From Bacillota bacterium (GTDB lineage: Bacteria > Bacillota > UBA4882 > UBA8346): a DNA stretch of 32,000 bases. Below are positions 16,115 to 23,522 of the stretch, one piece after another; within the stretch, counting starts at the first letter, position 1; each line of letters starts with the position of its first letter. The notes below the pieces were generated by a model. The model saw only the letters and a list, made by a program, of their open reading frames with translations, was not told the origin of the DNA and made no database searches. Both the position numbers and the translations under genes were made by a program. The DNA is taken from contig JAKOTQ010000096.1 of NCBI GenBank assembly GCA_029776205.1, positions 101,771-133,770 of the forward strand. Direction: 5' to 3'.

Positions 16115-16984
16115 TTAAGAACGACTAATATCCTTCGTAGCTTGCTGCATAGCAATTTTTTTCGCCAATTCCCAATCCAACTTATGCCCGGAACGGATCG
16201 CGATCACATGTCCGCGAAGAGGCCCTACTAAATAAAGATCGCCCATAATGTCTAAGATCTTATGACGGACAATTTCTTCAGGATAACGCAGTTCATTTTG
16301 GTATCCATCATCTCCGACGACCACAACGCAGTTGAGATCGCCCCCCAAAGCCAGACCTTGACTTTGAAGATACTCAATCTCCCGCAGAAATCCAACGGTT
16401 CGGGCAGATGCAATCTCCTTCAGAAATTTATCAGGACTGGCCTCAAAATGGTAATACTGAGTTCCGGTCACTTTATGGTCCGAGGTAAAGGTAAAACTGA
16501 CCTCAAAACGATCCGACGGCAGAATAACGAGCATCGCCTTGGCCGGAATGTCTTGTTTATAAACTACCCCTTCAACCCAAAGCGGTTCTTTGACCACAGT
16601 ATATTGACGGGGTGCATTTTGAGTAACTAGGCCGGTTTTCATGATCTCCTCAGCGAAGAAACGAGCACTGCCGTCTCCCACCGGAATTTCTTCCCCGTCG
16701 ACTCCAACCAGAACATTGTCAATACCCAAGCCATGAAAAGTCGCCATCAAGTGTTCAATGGTTGATATTTTCCATCCATCCTTGCCAATGGTTGTGCTTC
16801 GTTCAGTACTTACCACGGCATGGACATCCGCTTTGATCGATGGCTGGCCCGGTAAGTCGAGCCGTTGAAACACCACGCCGGTATTTTCCGGCTGAGGTGA
16901 TATTTGCATAGTGACCCTTTGTCCACTGTGGAGTCCCTGACCGGAAATCATCGTTGTCGCAGCCACAGTTTGTTGATAATCCAT
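16115..16984 (-). CDS. lpxC: UDP-3-O-acyl-N-acetylglucosamine deacetylase LpxC
   Basis: Starting at the ATG at 16984 (GGGGG 5 nt upstream) gives MDYQQTVAATTMISGQGLHSG.... The spacing to GxGLHSG then matches E. coli LpxC. Other motifs present: TIEHLMA, GHKLD. The longer ORF (to 17179) would overlap the ABC ATPase and swallow a consensus promoter. Confidence 0.9.
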   Translation of the reverse strand: MDYQQTVAATTMISGQGLHSGQRVTMQISPQPENTGVVFQRLDLPGQPSIKADVHAVVSTERSTTIGKDGWKISTIEHLMATFHGLGIDNVLVGVDGEEIPVGDGSARFFAEEIMKTGLVTQNAPRQYTVVKEPLWVEGVVYKQDIPAKAMLVILPSDRFEVSFTFTSDHKVTGTQYYHFEASPDKFLKEIASARTVGFLREIEYLQSQGLALGGDLNCVVVVGDDGYQNELRYPEEIVRHKILDIMGDLYLVGPLRGHVIAIRSGHKLDWELAKKIAMQQATKDISRS

Positions 16985-17092
16985 TGTTACCCCCATTTTG
17001 AGCCGGTTCACCGCCCTTGGCAAACCGGAAATTTCTTTATTAGTAGCTACAATGGTTCCATTATATCCTACATCAGAAACAATACTCCCAAA

Positions 17093-17121
17093 ATTATAAG
17101 TCAACACACTATTCCTGTCAA
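17093..17121 (-). promoter_or_regulatory. Consensus sigma-A promoter for lpxC-fabZ
   Basis: The minus strand reads TTGACA (17121-17116), then exactly 17 nt, then TATAAT (17098-17093). It begins 3 nt after the stop of the ABC ATPase. The implied lpxC 5' leader is about 100 nt. Confidence 0.6.
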
Positions 17122-17123
17122 TA

Positions 17124-17861
17124 TTAGTGACGTAAAAGGCTCTGATACTTTCGCCCGATTTCTGAAACCGGCTGTTCAAATACTATTTCCGGCGGCCCTG
17201 ATTCCACAATTTGGCCTTTATCCATAAAAACGATGCGATCTGCCGCCCGTCGGGCAAAGGACAATTCATGAGTGACAATAACCATGGTGGTTCGTCCTTC
17301 GCTCACCAATTCTTCCATAACCTCAATGACCTCCCCAACCAGGATCGGATCAAGGGAAGCCGTAGGTTCGTCCCAAAGCATAATCTCAGGCTCTAAAGCA
17401 AGAGCTCGGGCAATGCCGACACGCTGCTGCTCTCCGCCGCTAAGTTCATTCGGTTTTTCCCGAAGTTTATGGCCAAGCCCCACTTTTCCCAAAGCAATCT
17501 CCGCACGGCCGTTGGCTTCTTCCACATCCATCCCGTGAAGGCGAAGGGCCATAGCTACATTATCCAAAGCGCTTAAACGCTGAATTAAATTGAAATGTTG
17601 AAACACAAACCCAATTTTGCGGCGAGCTTCCAACAGGTGAGGCAAGTCCAATCCGGTAATCAGTTGTCCCCCGACGATCACTTCCCCGGCATCGGGTTCA
17701 GTCAACCGGTTGATACACCGAATCGTCGTGGACTTGCCACATCCGCTGGGCCCCATAATGACCACGGTCTCACCCCGGGCAACCTCAAGGTCTACCCCGT
17801 TCAAAGCCCGCTTATGGCCGTAATTTTTATATAATCCATGAATTTGTAACATCATTTTCAC
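17124..17861 (-). CDS. ABC transporter ATP-binding protein, MetN/GlnQ-like (type I importer-style NBD, no C-terminal regulatory domain)
   Basis: Motifs present: Walker [38 protein letters not shown], signature [15 protein letters not shown], Walker [15 protein letters not shown]-loop IVTHE. The true start is probably the ATG at 17852 (MLQIHGL...), with AGGTG 7 nt upstream. The ORF-track start is a GTG. Confidence 0.9.
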   Translation of the reverse strand: MKMMLQIHGLYKNYGHKRALNGVDLEVARGETVVIMGPSGCGKSTTIRCINRLTEPDAGEVIVGGQLITGLDLPHLLEARRKIGFVFQHFNLIQRLSALDNVAMALRLHGMDVEEANGRAEIALGKVGLGHKLREKPNELSGGEQQRVGIARALALEPEIMLWDEPTASLDPILVGEVIEVMEELVSEGRTTMVIVTHELSFARRAADRIVFMDKGQIVESGPPEIVFEQPVSEIGRKYQSLLRH

Positions 17862-17904
17862 CTGCTTGCTTTCTTTTATCCATTCCCTAATGTCGATGAT
17901 TTAT

Positions 17905-20433
17905 TTACCTCAACTGCATTTTCCACCGGTTCAGGATTTGCAGCATGCCAGGACGGCCCGCCGGAATCACAATCTCCCGCATAATGGTTTTAAACGGCAG
18001 ACCCAGAGACAATCCGGCCATGATTTCATCCTGATTAATCGGATTAATCTTCTCAGCCAATATCGAAATGAAGATCCCCAACACGCCACCGATAATTCCC
18101 AAATGCCAAAGTTGAAGATAAGGAACTTCCGCTCCGGCCAACCAGAAAGTCATCACCAGCCAAACCCCGCCAATAACGAAGGCATAAAGATTGGCGGCAC
18201 TGAATATCTTTTGAATCAATTGATATCCTTTCTTCATTAAACCGCTGCGGAAATCAACATGTTTCGGAAGGAACGAAAACCGCATCTGCTTCAACATGGA
18301 AATGATCAACGAATGATCCAGGATAAAGGTTAAAATCCACAAAATCGTAACGACCAACGCAGCAATGACCGAACGGACTTCACCTAAGATCTTATAGAGT
18401 TCGCCTCGGACATCCAATTGAATGGTACCGGCAGGAAGCGTGGAAATTCCCACTTCAGAATCGCCCACAGCGTCTTTAATAGCTGCGTCAACCACCGTCC
18501 GATCCACATTGGCTTTGGTAAAGATCTGAATCCGATCCCCGGTGGAAGCATCTCCGCCGCCGACATATTTATCGATCAATTCAACTGAATTGCCGATTTC
18601 TTCATCCAGCAAATTCGGCAGCGAATTTTTAACCTTTTCCAGTTCGGTAATGAGCGCTGACAAATCCACCTTATCGGAACCGAATATCCGATCGGTAACC
18701 ACAGAAAGCCCACTCTTCACTTCATCCATATCAAACCCGGTAATACCGGAAAGCACCTCGTCGGTTGAATCGATCAGGTCCATCATCTGCTCGTAATTCT
18801 CACTACCCGGCGTAAAGACAGCGCCAAAATCATTGACCTGTTCTGCAAAGGCATTTGCCTTATTCCGCCAGGAAACCAAGACCGATACCAACGGATTAAA
18901 CTGATTGATAAAATCATCCAGCTTCTGGACACGGGAACGTAACGATTCCTCAACCGAGGTCAATTGATCATTCAAAGACACCAATTTATCGAAAACTCCT
19001 CCGGTGCCGCTGAATGCATTTTGCAGCATCGGACTGCCGATAACTAATTGAGCAGTATCTAATCCATTTAACGCCTGTTCGAAACGGTTTTCCAGGATCT
19101 GAACCCGGCCGAAATTTTTCGCCAGGTAATCCAGATCATCCCCGACCCCGCTGATCAGGTTAACCATCTTACTCAAACTGCTATTATCAACTTTACCGGT
19201 CAATCCGTTAATCCCCGATTTCATGCCTCCCAATGCCTGCTTCACTTGAACCAGTTGCTTATAAGCCTTTTCAATGCCGCTAACCGTAAGTCCGGCGCCA
19301 CCGGTGGAGTTATTGTAATCTTCCACTGCCTGATCCAATTTGGTTAACAACTTGACTCCCTGATCCATCGCATAAACTAATTGCGCTTTTCTGCTGGAGA
19401 CTTCAACCGTTCCAACGACAGAGCCAATTTTGTCATTGGTTAGTAGTTTATAAGCGGACATATCCGTCAAATACTCGGCATCTCCCTGAATGATCAATCC
19501 TTGGACTCCGGAAGAATCCACCGACGTCACTTTCACAACGACATTCAATGGCTCCATGACACCGCCGGCTTTCAACGGTTTCTCGTTTTTTCCGTTCAAC
19601 ACCAACAGATCGCCGACTTCCAGAGTTTGTCCCTCAGCCGGAACCACTTTCACTTCCGCTGCATAAGACAGTAAAAATTTCTTCACTTCCGATAGTGTAT
19701 TCATCAAATACTGATAATCGCCGGAACTACCGGACATAGTAATATCTTTGGCATAATCGATTCCTTTGATTCCAATTAACGATTGGGAAACATTTTTACT
19801 CAACGTGAGCAGATCTTCCGATGAATAGGACCCCTTTTCAAGGCGGACCTCTAAAATCTGATACTTATTGAGGATTTGCTTAATTCCATCTTCAACTTCC
19901 GTTGCAACTTTGGAGCTTTTCATGATGACGCCCATATTGCTCCCATCATGGAAAGTGAAATCGACTCCAGGAAGTTTCTCAACTTCACTAGCGATCACAT
20001 CAAATATCGCCGACGGAATACTAGTAATATGCAATTTCGGCTCGGTCATAATCGAAAAACTGCCGCTTCCGGGGAGGCTTTTGAAGTAGTAGTCGAGATT
20101 ATCAAATACCTCTTTCGTATGGTACTTTGACGGCAGAGTAACAAAGAATGTGGATTTCCCGGCAACAGTAATCCCCGGTTTTAATGTAGCACCAGGAAAA
20201 CGTTCCGCGATAACCTCCTTAATCCGCCGTGCCAGAGCAGTTTTCAATTCCTCTCGGCCCTGGAAGAGAAGGTCATACTCACCATAATCACCGATAACGC
20301 CAGTGACCGCTTTCGCAAAATATTTATCGGTGGCCATGGCAAAACCGGCGGCAAACACGGCTGAAACCACAATGCCAACCAAGAGTAAAATCGTTATGTC
20401 TTTTACAAATGTATCTTTCCTTAAAATTTTCAT
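17905..20433 (-). CDS. 842-aa membrane protein: N-terminal TM, ~650-aa ectodomain, three C-terminal TMs, terminal EAA-like ABC coupling loop (atypical ABC membrane component)
   Basis: An RBS GGAGGAG precedes the ATG at 20433. TM1 is ITILLLVGIVVSAVFAAGFAMA. The long region that follows has no hydrophobic helices and contains helical, heptad-like G/S/N/D/L-rich stretches. Three TM helices occur within roughly the last 150 residues. Residues about 802-831, DEIMAGLSLGLPFKTIMREIVIPAGRPGML (nt 17941-18030), fit G-x9-I-x-(L/I)P of the EAA loop. The ORF stops 11 codons later. Confidence 0.8.
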   Translation of the reverse strand: MKILRKDTFVKDITILLLVGIVVSAVFAAGFAMATDKYFAKAVTGVIGDYGEYDLLFQGREELKTALARRIKEVIAERFPGATLKPGITVAGKSTFFVTLPSKYHTKEVFDNLDYYFKSLPGSGSFSIMTEPKLHITSIPSAIFDVIASEVEKLPGVDFTFHDGSNMGVIMKSSKVATEVEDGIKQILNKYQILEVRLEKGSYSSEDLLTLSKNVSQSLIGIKGIDYAKDITMSGSSGDYQYLMNTLSEVKKFLLSYAAEVKVVPAEGQTLEVGDLLVLNGKNEKPLKAGGVMEPLNVVVKVTSVDSSGVQGLIIQGDAEYLTDMSAYKLLTNDKIGSVVGTVEVSSRKAQLVYAMDQGVKLLTKLDQAVEDYNNSTGGAGLTVSGIEKAYKQLVQVKQALGGMKSGINGLTGKVDNSSLSKMVNLISGVGDDLDYLAKNFGRVQILENRFEQALNGLDTAQLVIGSPMLQNAFSGTGGVFDKLVSLNDQLTSVEESLRSRVQKLDDFINQFNPLVSVLVSWRNKANAFAEQVNDFGAVFTPGSENYEQMMDLIDSTDEVLSGITGFDMDEVKSGLSVVTDRIFGSDKVDLSALITELEKVKNSLPNLLDEEIGNSVELIDKYVGGGDASTGDRIQIFTKANVDRTVVDAAIKDAVGDSEVGISTLPAGTIQLDVRGELYKILGEVRSVIAALVVTILWILTFILDHSLIISMLKQMRFSFLPKHVDFRSGLMKKGYQLIQKIFSAANLYAFVIGGVWLVMTFWLAGAEVPYLQLWHLGIIGGVLGIFISILAEKINPINQDEIMAGLSLGLPFKTIMREIVIPAGRPGMLQILNRWKMQLR

Positions 20434-20456
20434 TGCTTACTCCTCCATCGGCATCG

Positions 20457-20465
20457 ATTATACCA
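20457..20465 (-). promoter_or_regulatory. Extended -10 promoter (TGgTATAAT) for the ABC pair
   Basis: The minus strand reads aTGgTATAAT (plus coordinates 20465-20457), about 24 nt before the ATG at 20433. The -35 is poor, which is compatible with an extended -10 promoter. Confidence 0.45.
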
Positions 20466-20560
20466 TATAAAACGTAAACAAAGGGAACAAATTACCCATT
20501 TTAGCTGCATAAATATATGGAAACGATGGTAGAAAACGAACAAATGAAACAATAAATGAT

Positions 20561-20861
20561 AGGTACTGAGTACTAGATTATAGGTCCGGCCCAGGGTCCT
20601 GGGTACTAGGTCCTGGACACTGAGTGCGGGATACCGGAGGCTGGATAAGAGACAGGATTCAGGAGCTTAAAATAGTTAACAGTTGAGACAGCGGACAGTT
20701 CGCAGTTATATGTAAAGGTAAAAGGTTAAAGCTCGAACTTTATATGAACTATGAATTAAAACCAAGTATCTAATCGATTAATTGTCAACTGTAAACTGTA
20801 CTATACTCGTGCCTCATGCCTCAAAAATATACTATGAACTGTACGCTATGAACTAAGAACC
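20561..20861. repeat. Modular 'stuttering' intergenic repeat block A
   Basis: About 300 nt of non-coding sequence built from short words, each repeated 2-3 times locally. Examples: ggtactgagtactag; ggtcctgggtactaggtcctgg; acagttgagacagcggacagttcgcagtt; gtaaaggtaaaaggttaaag; aactgtaaactgta; tgcctcatgcctca; ctatgaactgtacgctatgaact. It shares exact words with blocks B and C; block D is linked to the family through block C. Confidence 0.6.
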
Positions 20862-20880
20862 AAAAACTCTAGGCTTTCCC

Positions 20881-20911
20881 AAAAATAGAAGAAGGCAGCT
20901 TTGGCTGCCTT
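20881..20911 (-). terminator. Intrinsic terminator after the 162-aa SPOCS gene
   Basis: An 8-bp stem (aaggcagc/gctgcctt, 20892-20899 and 20904-20911) flanks a 4-nt loop. On the minus strand it is followed by cttctattttt. It lies 10 nt after the stop codon. Confidence 0.7.
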
Positions 20912-20921
20912 ATCGTTTAGG

Positions 20922-21410
20922 TCAACGTACCAGCACCCCGCTGGCCCGCGCCCGGACTGTATTGGGTTCTCCGAAAACCACCGGCTGGGTTGGTAAGGTC
21001 TGATTAAACACGAGAGTCTGTACCGGAGTATCGAAAACAGTTACTCCCATGGCAATCACGACCGTTTCCCGTAATTGCGTCGGTGTAACCAATTCAAAAC
21101 TCAAAAATTCGATCTCGGGATCCAACTGACAGGCGGAACCCGCCGGAACTCCGGGAACGTCCACAAATCCGCTGAAAGGGATATCGACACCGACATGCCG
21201 GACAACACCTTCCAAATCCACAAAGAATATCTGTTTATGCAATGTTCCTTGAAAAATGACTTTGTTATCGATGACAAAACAATGGGCATCCCGGATACTA
21301 GCAACGATCTCATCAATTTTTTCAGCCGGAAGGGGGAGAGTCACCACATCATCGACTAGGACCTGAGCGGTTGTTTCCGCCAGAACTGCCATATTAACAC
21401 CCTCTTCCAT
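20922..21410 (-). CDS. SPOCS (DUF3794) domain protein, sporulation-associated
   Basis: 162 aa. It carries the motif pattern LPLPAEKIDEIVASIRDAHCFVIDNKVIFQGTLHKQIFFV, the same as the repeats in the neighbouring 559-aa protein. The start could instead be the ATG at 21392 (MAVLAE...), which follows GAGGGTG. Confidence 0.7.
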   Translation of the reverse strand: MEEGVNMAVLAETTAQVLVDDVVTLPLPAEKIDEIVASIRDAHCFVIDNKVIFQGTLHKQIFFVDLEGVVRHVGVDIPFSGFVDVPGVPAGSACQLDPEIEFLSFELVTPTQLRETVVIAMGVTVFDTPVQTLVFNQTLPTQPVVFGEPNTVRARASGVLVR

Positions 21411-21518
21411 TATCGGTTCCTTTGAAAACCGGTTTCATTGAACTCGGTTAATATATCATATGAGCCTTTAACCTTAGGCAAACCGTGCCGGAAGCATTTT
21501 ACATATTCCTTTAAATCC

Positions 21519-21549
21519 AAAATAAAAGAGAGCCGGGTCAATGGCTCTC
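21519..21549 (-). terminator. Intrinsic terminator downstream of the SipL-like gene
   Basis: The minus strand reads gagagcc-attgaccc-ggctctc (plus 21528-21534 and 21543-21549), followed by ttttatttt (plus 21519-21527). Confidence 0.65.
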
Positions 21550-21583
21550 GCAAATCAAGGCATATAATATCTCCCATTAGCTT

Positions 21584-21638
21584 CATGTACGGCACAGGCA
21601 TGCCTGTGCCGTACATGAGCATGCCTATTCCGTATATG
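21584..21638. repeat. Perfect 34-nt palindrome plus a third degenerate half-site
   Basis: Positions 21584-21617, catgtacggcacaggca|tgcctgtgccgtacatg, are exactly self-complementary. Positions 21619-21638 (gcatgcctattccgtatatg) repeat 21598-21617 (gcatgcctgtgccgtacatg) with 4 mismatches. The element lies between the SipL-like stop (21650) and its terminator. Confidence 0.85.
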
Positions 21639-21649
21639 GATCTTTTCTA

Positions 21650-23329
21650 TCATCCAATCCTCTTCGGAATAATCAGCTTCTGCCCAATCTCAAGGCGCGA
21701 CGGATCAAGGATCTGATTGGCTCTCACCAAACTATCGACAGTGGTTTGATACCGCCGGGCAATTCCCCACAACGTATCACCCGGTTGCACCAAATAGAAG
21801 AGCATCGATGGCCGGGTTTCCGGATCCGCCGGTATGACCAATGCACAATTTTCAACCGCCATCACGGAACGGGGACTTTTAGCTATAACTGTTGCCCGAA
21901 GGGTTCCAGTTAGCTCTAAAGTCCTTTCTCCGGCAATCTGAAGCTTAACCGATTCCAACTCCAATTGGGGCCAAAGTGATGATTCTGCCGTTAACCCGGA
22001 AAATTCGAGCATTCCAGTTAAAGGTAACTGATTATGATTTGCCCGCTGCCAATGAGCAACCGCCAGGCGTTGCTCTAAAATACCATCAGCCACATACTCC
22101 ACCCAAAGATTCAATCCGCCATCGATAAAAACCTTACCATCCCCAGCTTCAACCTTAAGATCAACCGGCGTTACCGTATAAGCCAATATCCGTTCTATGG
22201 CCGGTAAATTGGAAGGCAAAACTGCTTCCGCCTCAAATGGGACATCTCCGCGAATCTCACCAACATGCTCTTCAAAATTGACTAACTGCCGCTCGATATC
22301 GATGATTTCGCCGGACTCAGCCTTTACATCCACTACAATTTCTTTGACGGCAGTCCGTAAAACATGGGCTTCTCCTAAGATTTCAATTTGGCAACGGATC
22401 TCACGACTTGATTTTTGTCCGACCTGAACATCACCGAGAGTAATTTTGGGAATAACCACTCCTTGTTCCGGCTTAATCCGTTCCAGCCCTACTTCCACCG
22501 GAATGGCATTTCCAAATTCGCGGCTCCACTCATTGACAAATATCTCTGTAGCCCGGCCTTCATCATCGCAGCCCACGTAAACCAAGGTTACTTCCAAAAA
22601 TCCTTGAACCCCATCAGCGCCAGCTTGGACTGCCGTTTCCACCGGTTTAATCTGATAATCCAAAATACGTTGAATACCAGGTTTTAAATTAGGTAATGTC
22701 AACGTATACTCCAGATTTAAACGAGCTTGTTTATGCTCGATCATTTCTTCGACAACGACCTGTTCTTTTTCCACATTCAGTTGGCCAACTGGCTGAAGTT
22801 CCTTGACAAAGGCCCGGTTTTCCGCGATCGCCCCCCGAAGGGTCACCTCTAATTCGCCTCGGAAAACAACCTCATGAGCTCCGTCCCGTTCAAATGAAAC
22901 CGTCAGCGGATTAACGGCCACATCAACATAGGCTCCTGGGAAAATCCCCGGATACTCGATGGTTTCTTGAAAAGGAATTCCATGATCGCCGTTCCATCCA
23001 ACCCCATACTCCAACGGCGGTTGAAAGTTCATCTCCAATCCTTCAGAATTAATGTCCTCATCATTCAGCTTATCCGTTTCTTCAATAGCAACCGTCTCAT
23101 CCGAAATAGCCACGTACAGCAAATACGGATACACCATGCCGGAGATGGTCACCTGATTTTCGCCGACGCTTACCAAGGGTATCCCGGTGCGGAAATACCC
23201 TCCCTTGAGCCGGCTAATCACAGGGAGTTCATCACTGACATGCAAACGAGTCTCCAGTGTAATTCTTTGAGAGATTTCCTCCTTAAATCCGGACGCAGTT
23301 ATCAGATCATATTCACATTGAATACTCAT
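21650..23329 (-). CDS. Multi-SPOCS (DUF3794) protein with C-terminal LysM domain (SipL/SpoVID-like spore coat morphogenetic protein)
   Basis: 559 aa, with GGAGG 6 nt before the ATG. Internal repeats are present (LPNLKPGIQRILDYQIKPVETAVQAG... and LPSNLPAIERILAYTVTPVDLKVEAG...). The C-terminus YLVQPGDTLWGIARRYQTTVDSLVRANQILDPSRLEIGQKLIIP is a canonical LysM. Confidence 0.8.
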   Translation of the reverse strand: MSIQCEYDLITASGFKEEISQRITLETRLHVSDELPVISRLKGGYFRTGIPLVSVGENQVTISGMVYPYLLYVAISDETVAIEETDKLNDEDINSEGLEMNFQPPLEYGVGWNGDHGIPFQETIEYPGIFPGAYVDVAVNPLTVSFERDGAHEVVFRGELEVTLRGAIAENRAFVKELQPVGQLNVEKEQVVVEEMIEHKQARLNLEYTLTLPNLKPGIQRILDYQIKPVETAVQAGADGVQGFLEVTLVYVGCDDEGRATEIFVNEWSREFGNAIPVEVGLERIKPEQGVVIPKITLGDVQVGQKSSREIRCQIEILGEAHVLRTAVKEIVVDVKAESGEIIDIERQLVNFEEHVGEIRGDVPFEAEAVLPSNLPAIERILAYTVTPVDLKVEAGDGKVFIDGGLNLWVEYVADGILEQRLAVAHWQRANHNQLPLTGMLEFSGLTAESSLWPQLELESVKLQIAGERTLELTGTLRATVIAKSPRSVMAVENCALVIPADPETRPSMLFYLVQPGDTLWGIARRYQTTVDSLVRANQILDPSRLEIGQKLIIPKRIG

Positions 23330-23472
23330 ACCAAACCTCCTATTTAATAATTTTTATAATGAACTACGATTTATCGTCATGTTTCATTATCAACCACCTC
23401 CCAAGCATCCTTGTGGAAGGAATATAACTCCAATAATTGGTATGATGTCTCTCTGATTTTTAGACCCATCAA

Positions 23473-23498
23473 TAAAAAAACTGTCAGAACTGACAGCT
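23473..23498 (-). terminator. Intrinsic terminator after the PG-binding/LysM gene
   Basis: The minus strand reads gagctgtcag-tt-ctgacag, followed by tttttttatt (hairpin at plus 23481-23496, A-run 23474-23480). Confidence 0.6.
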
Positions 23499-23522
23499 CA
23501 TAACTCTGGATACTTCATCGGC

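Noticed and set aside
16985-17179. Long N-terminal extension of lpxC (ORF-track start at 17179)
   Set aside because: It would overlap the ABC ATPase gene by 56 nt and read through a perfect TTGACA-17-TATAAT promoter. The internal ATG at 16984 has an SD and restores canonical LpxC N-terminal spacing.
20581-20640. Possible SRP/4.5S-like RNA (caggtccgg-like words)
   Set aside because: Only a short word resembles the SRP domain IV region. The conserved GGAA/AGCAG tetraloop context and the symmetric helix are absent.
20561-20861. Possible CRISPR array or tandem minisatellite
   Set aside because: There is no constant repeat unit and no regular repeat-spacer periodicity. Each word recurs only 2-3 times, with immediate drift. 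No cas genes are present in the window.
21452-21460. Sigma-K-type promoter for the 162-aa SPOCS gene (CATATGATA fits CATAnnnTA)
   Set aside because: The expected AC at -35 is 22 nt away instead of 16-17 nt, so only the -10 half matches. I mention it as a test target but do not call it a feature.
21410-21716. ORFs 21410-21622 (-) and 21438-21716 (+) spanning the palindrome
   Set aside because: They cover a terminator, the 34-nt palindrome and a promoter region. The shared MPVPYM peptide in both is an artefact of the dyad symmetry. Neither has an SD.
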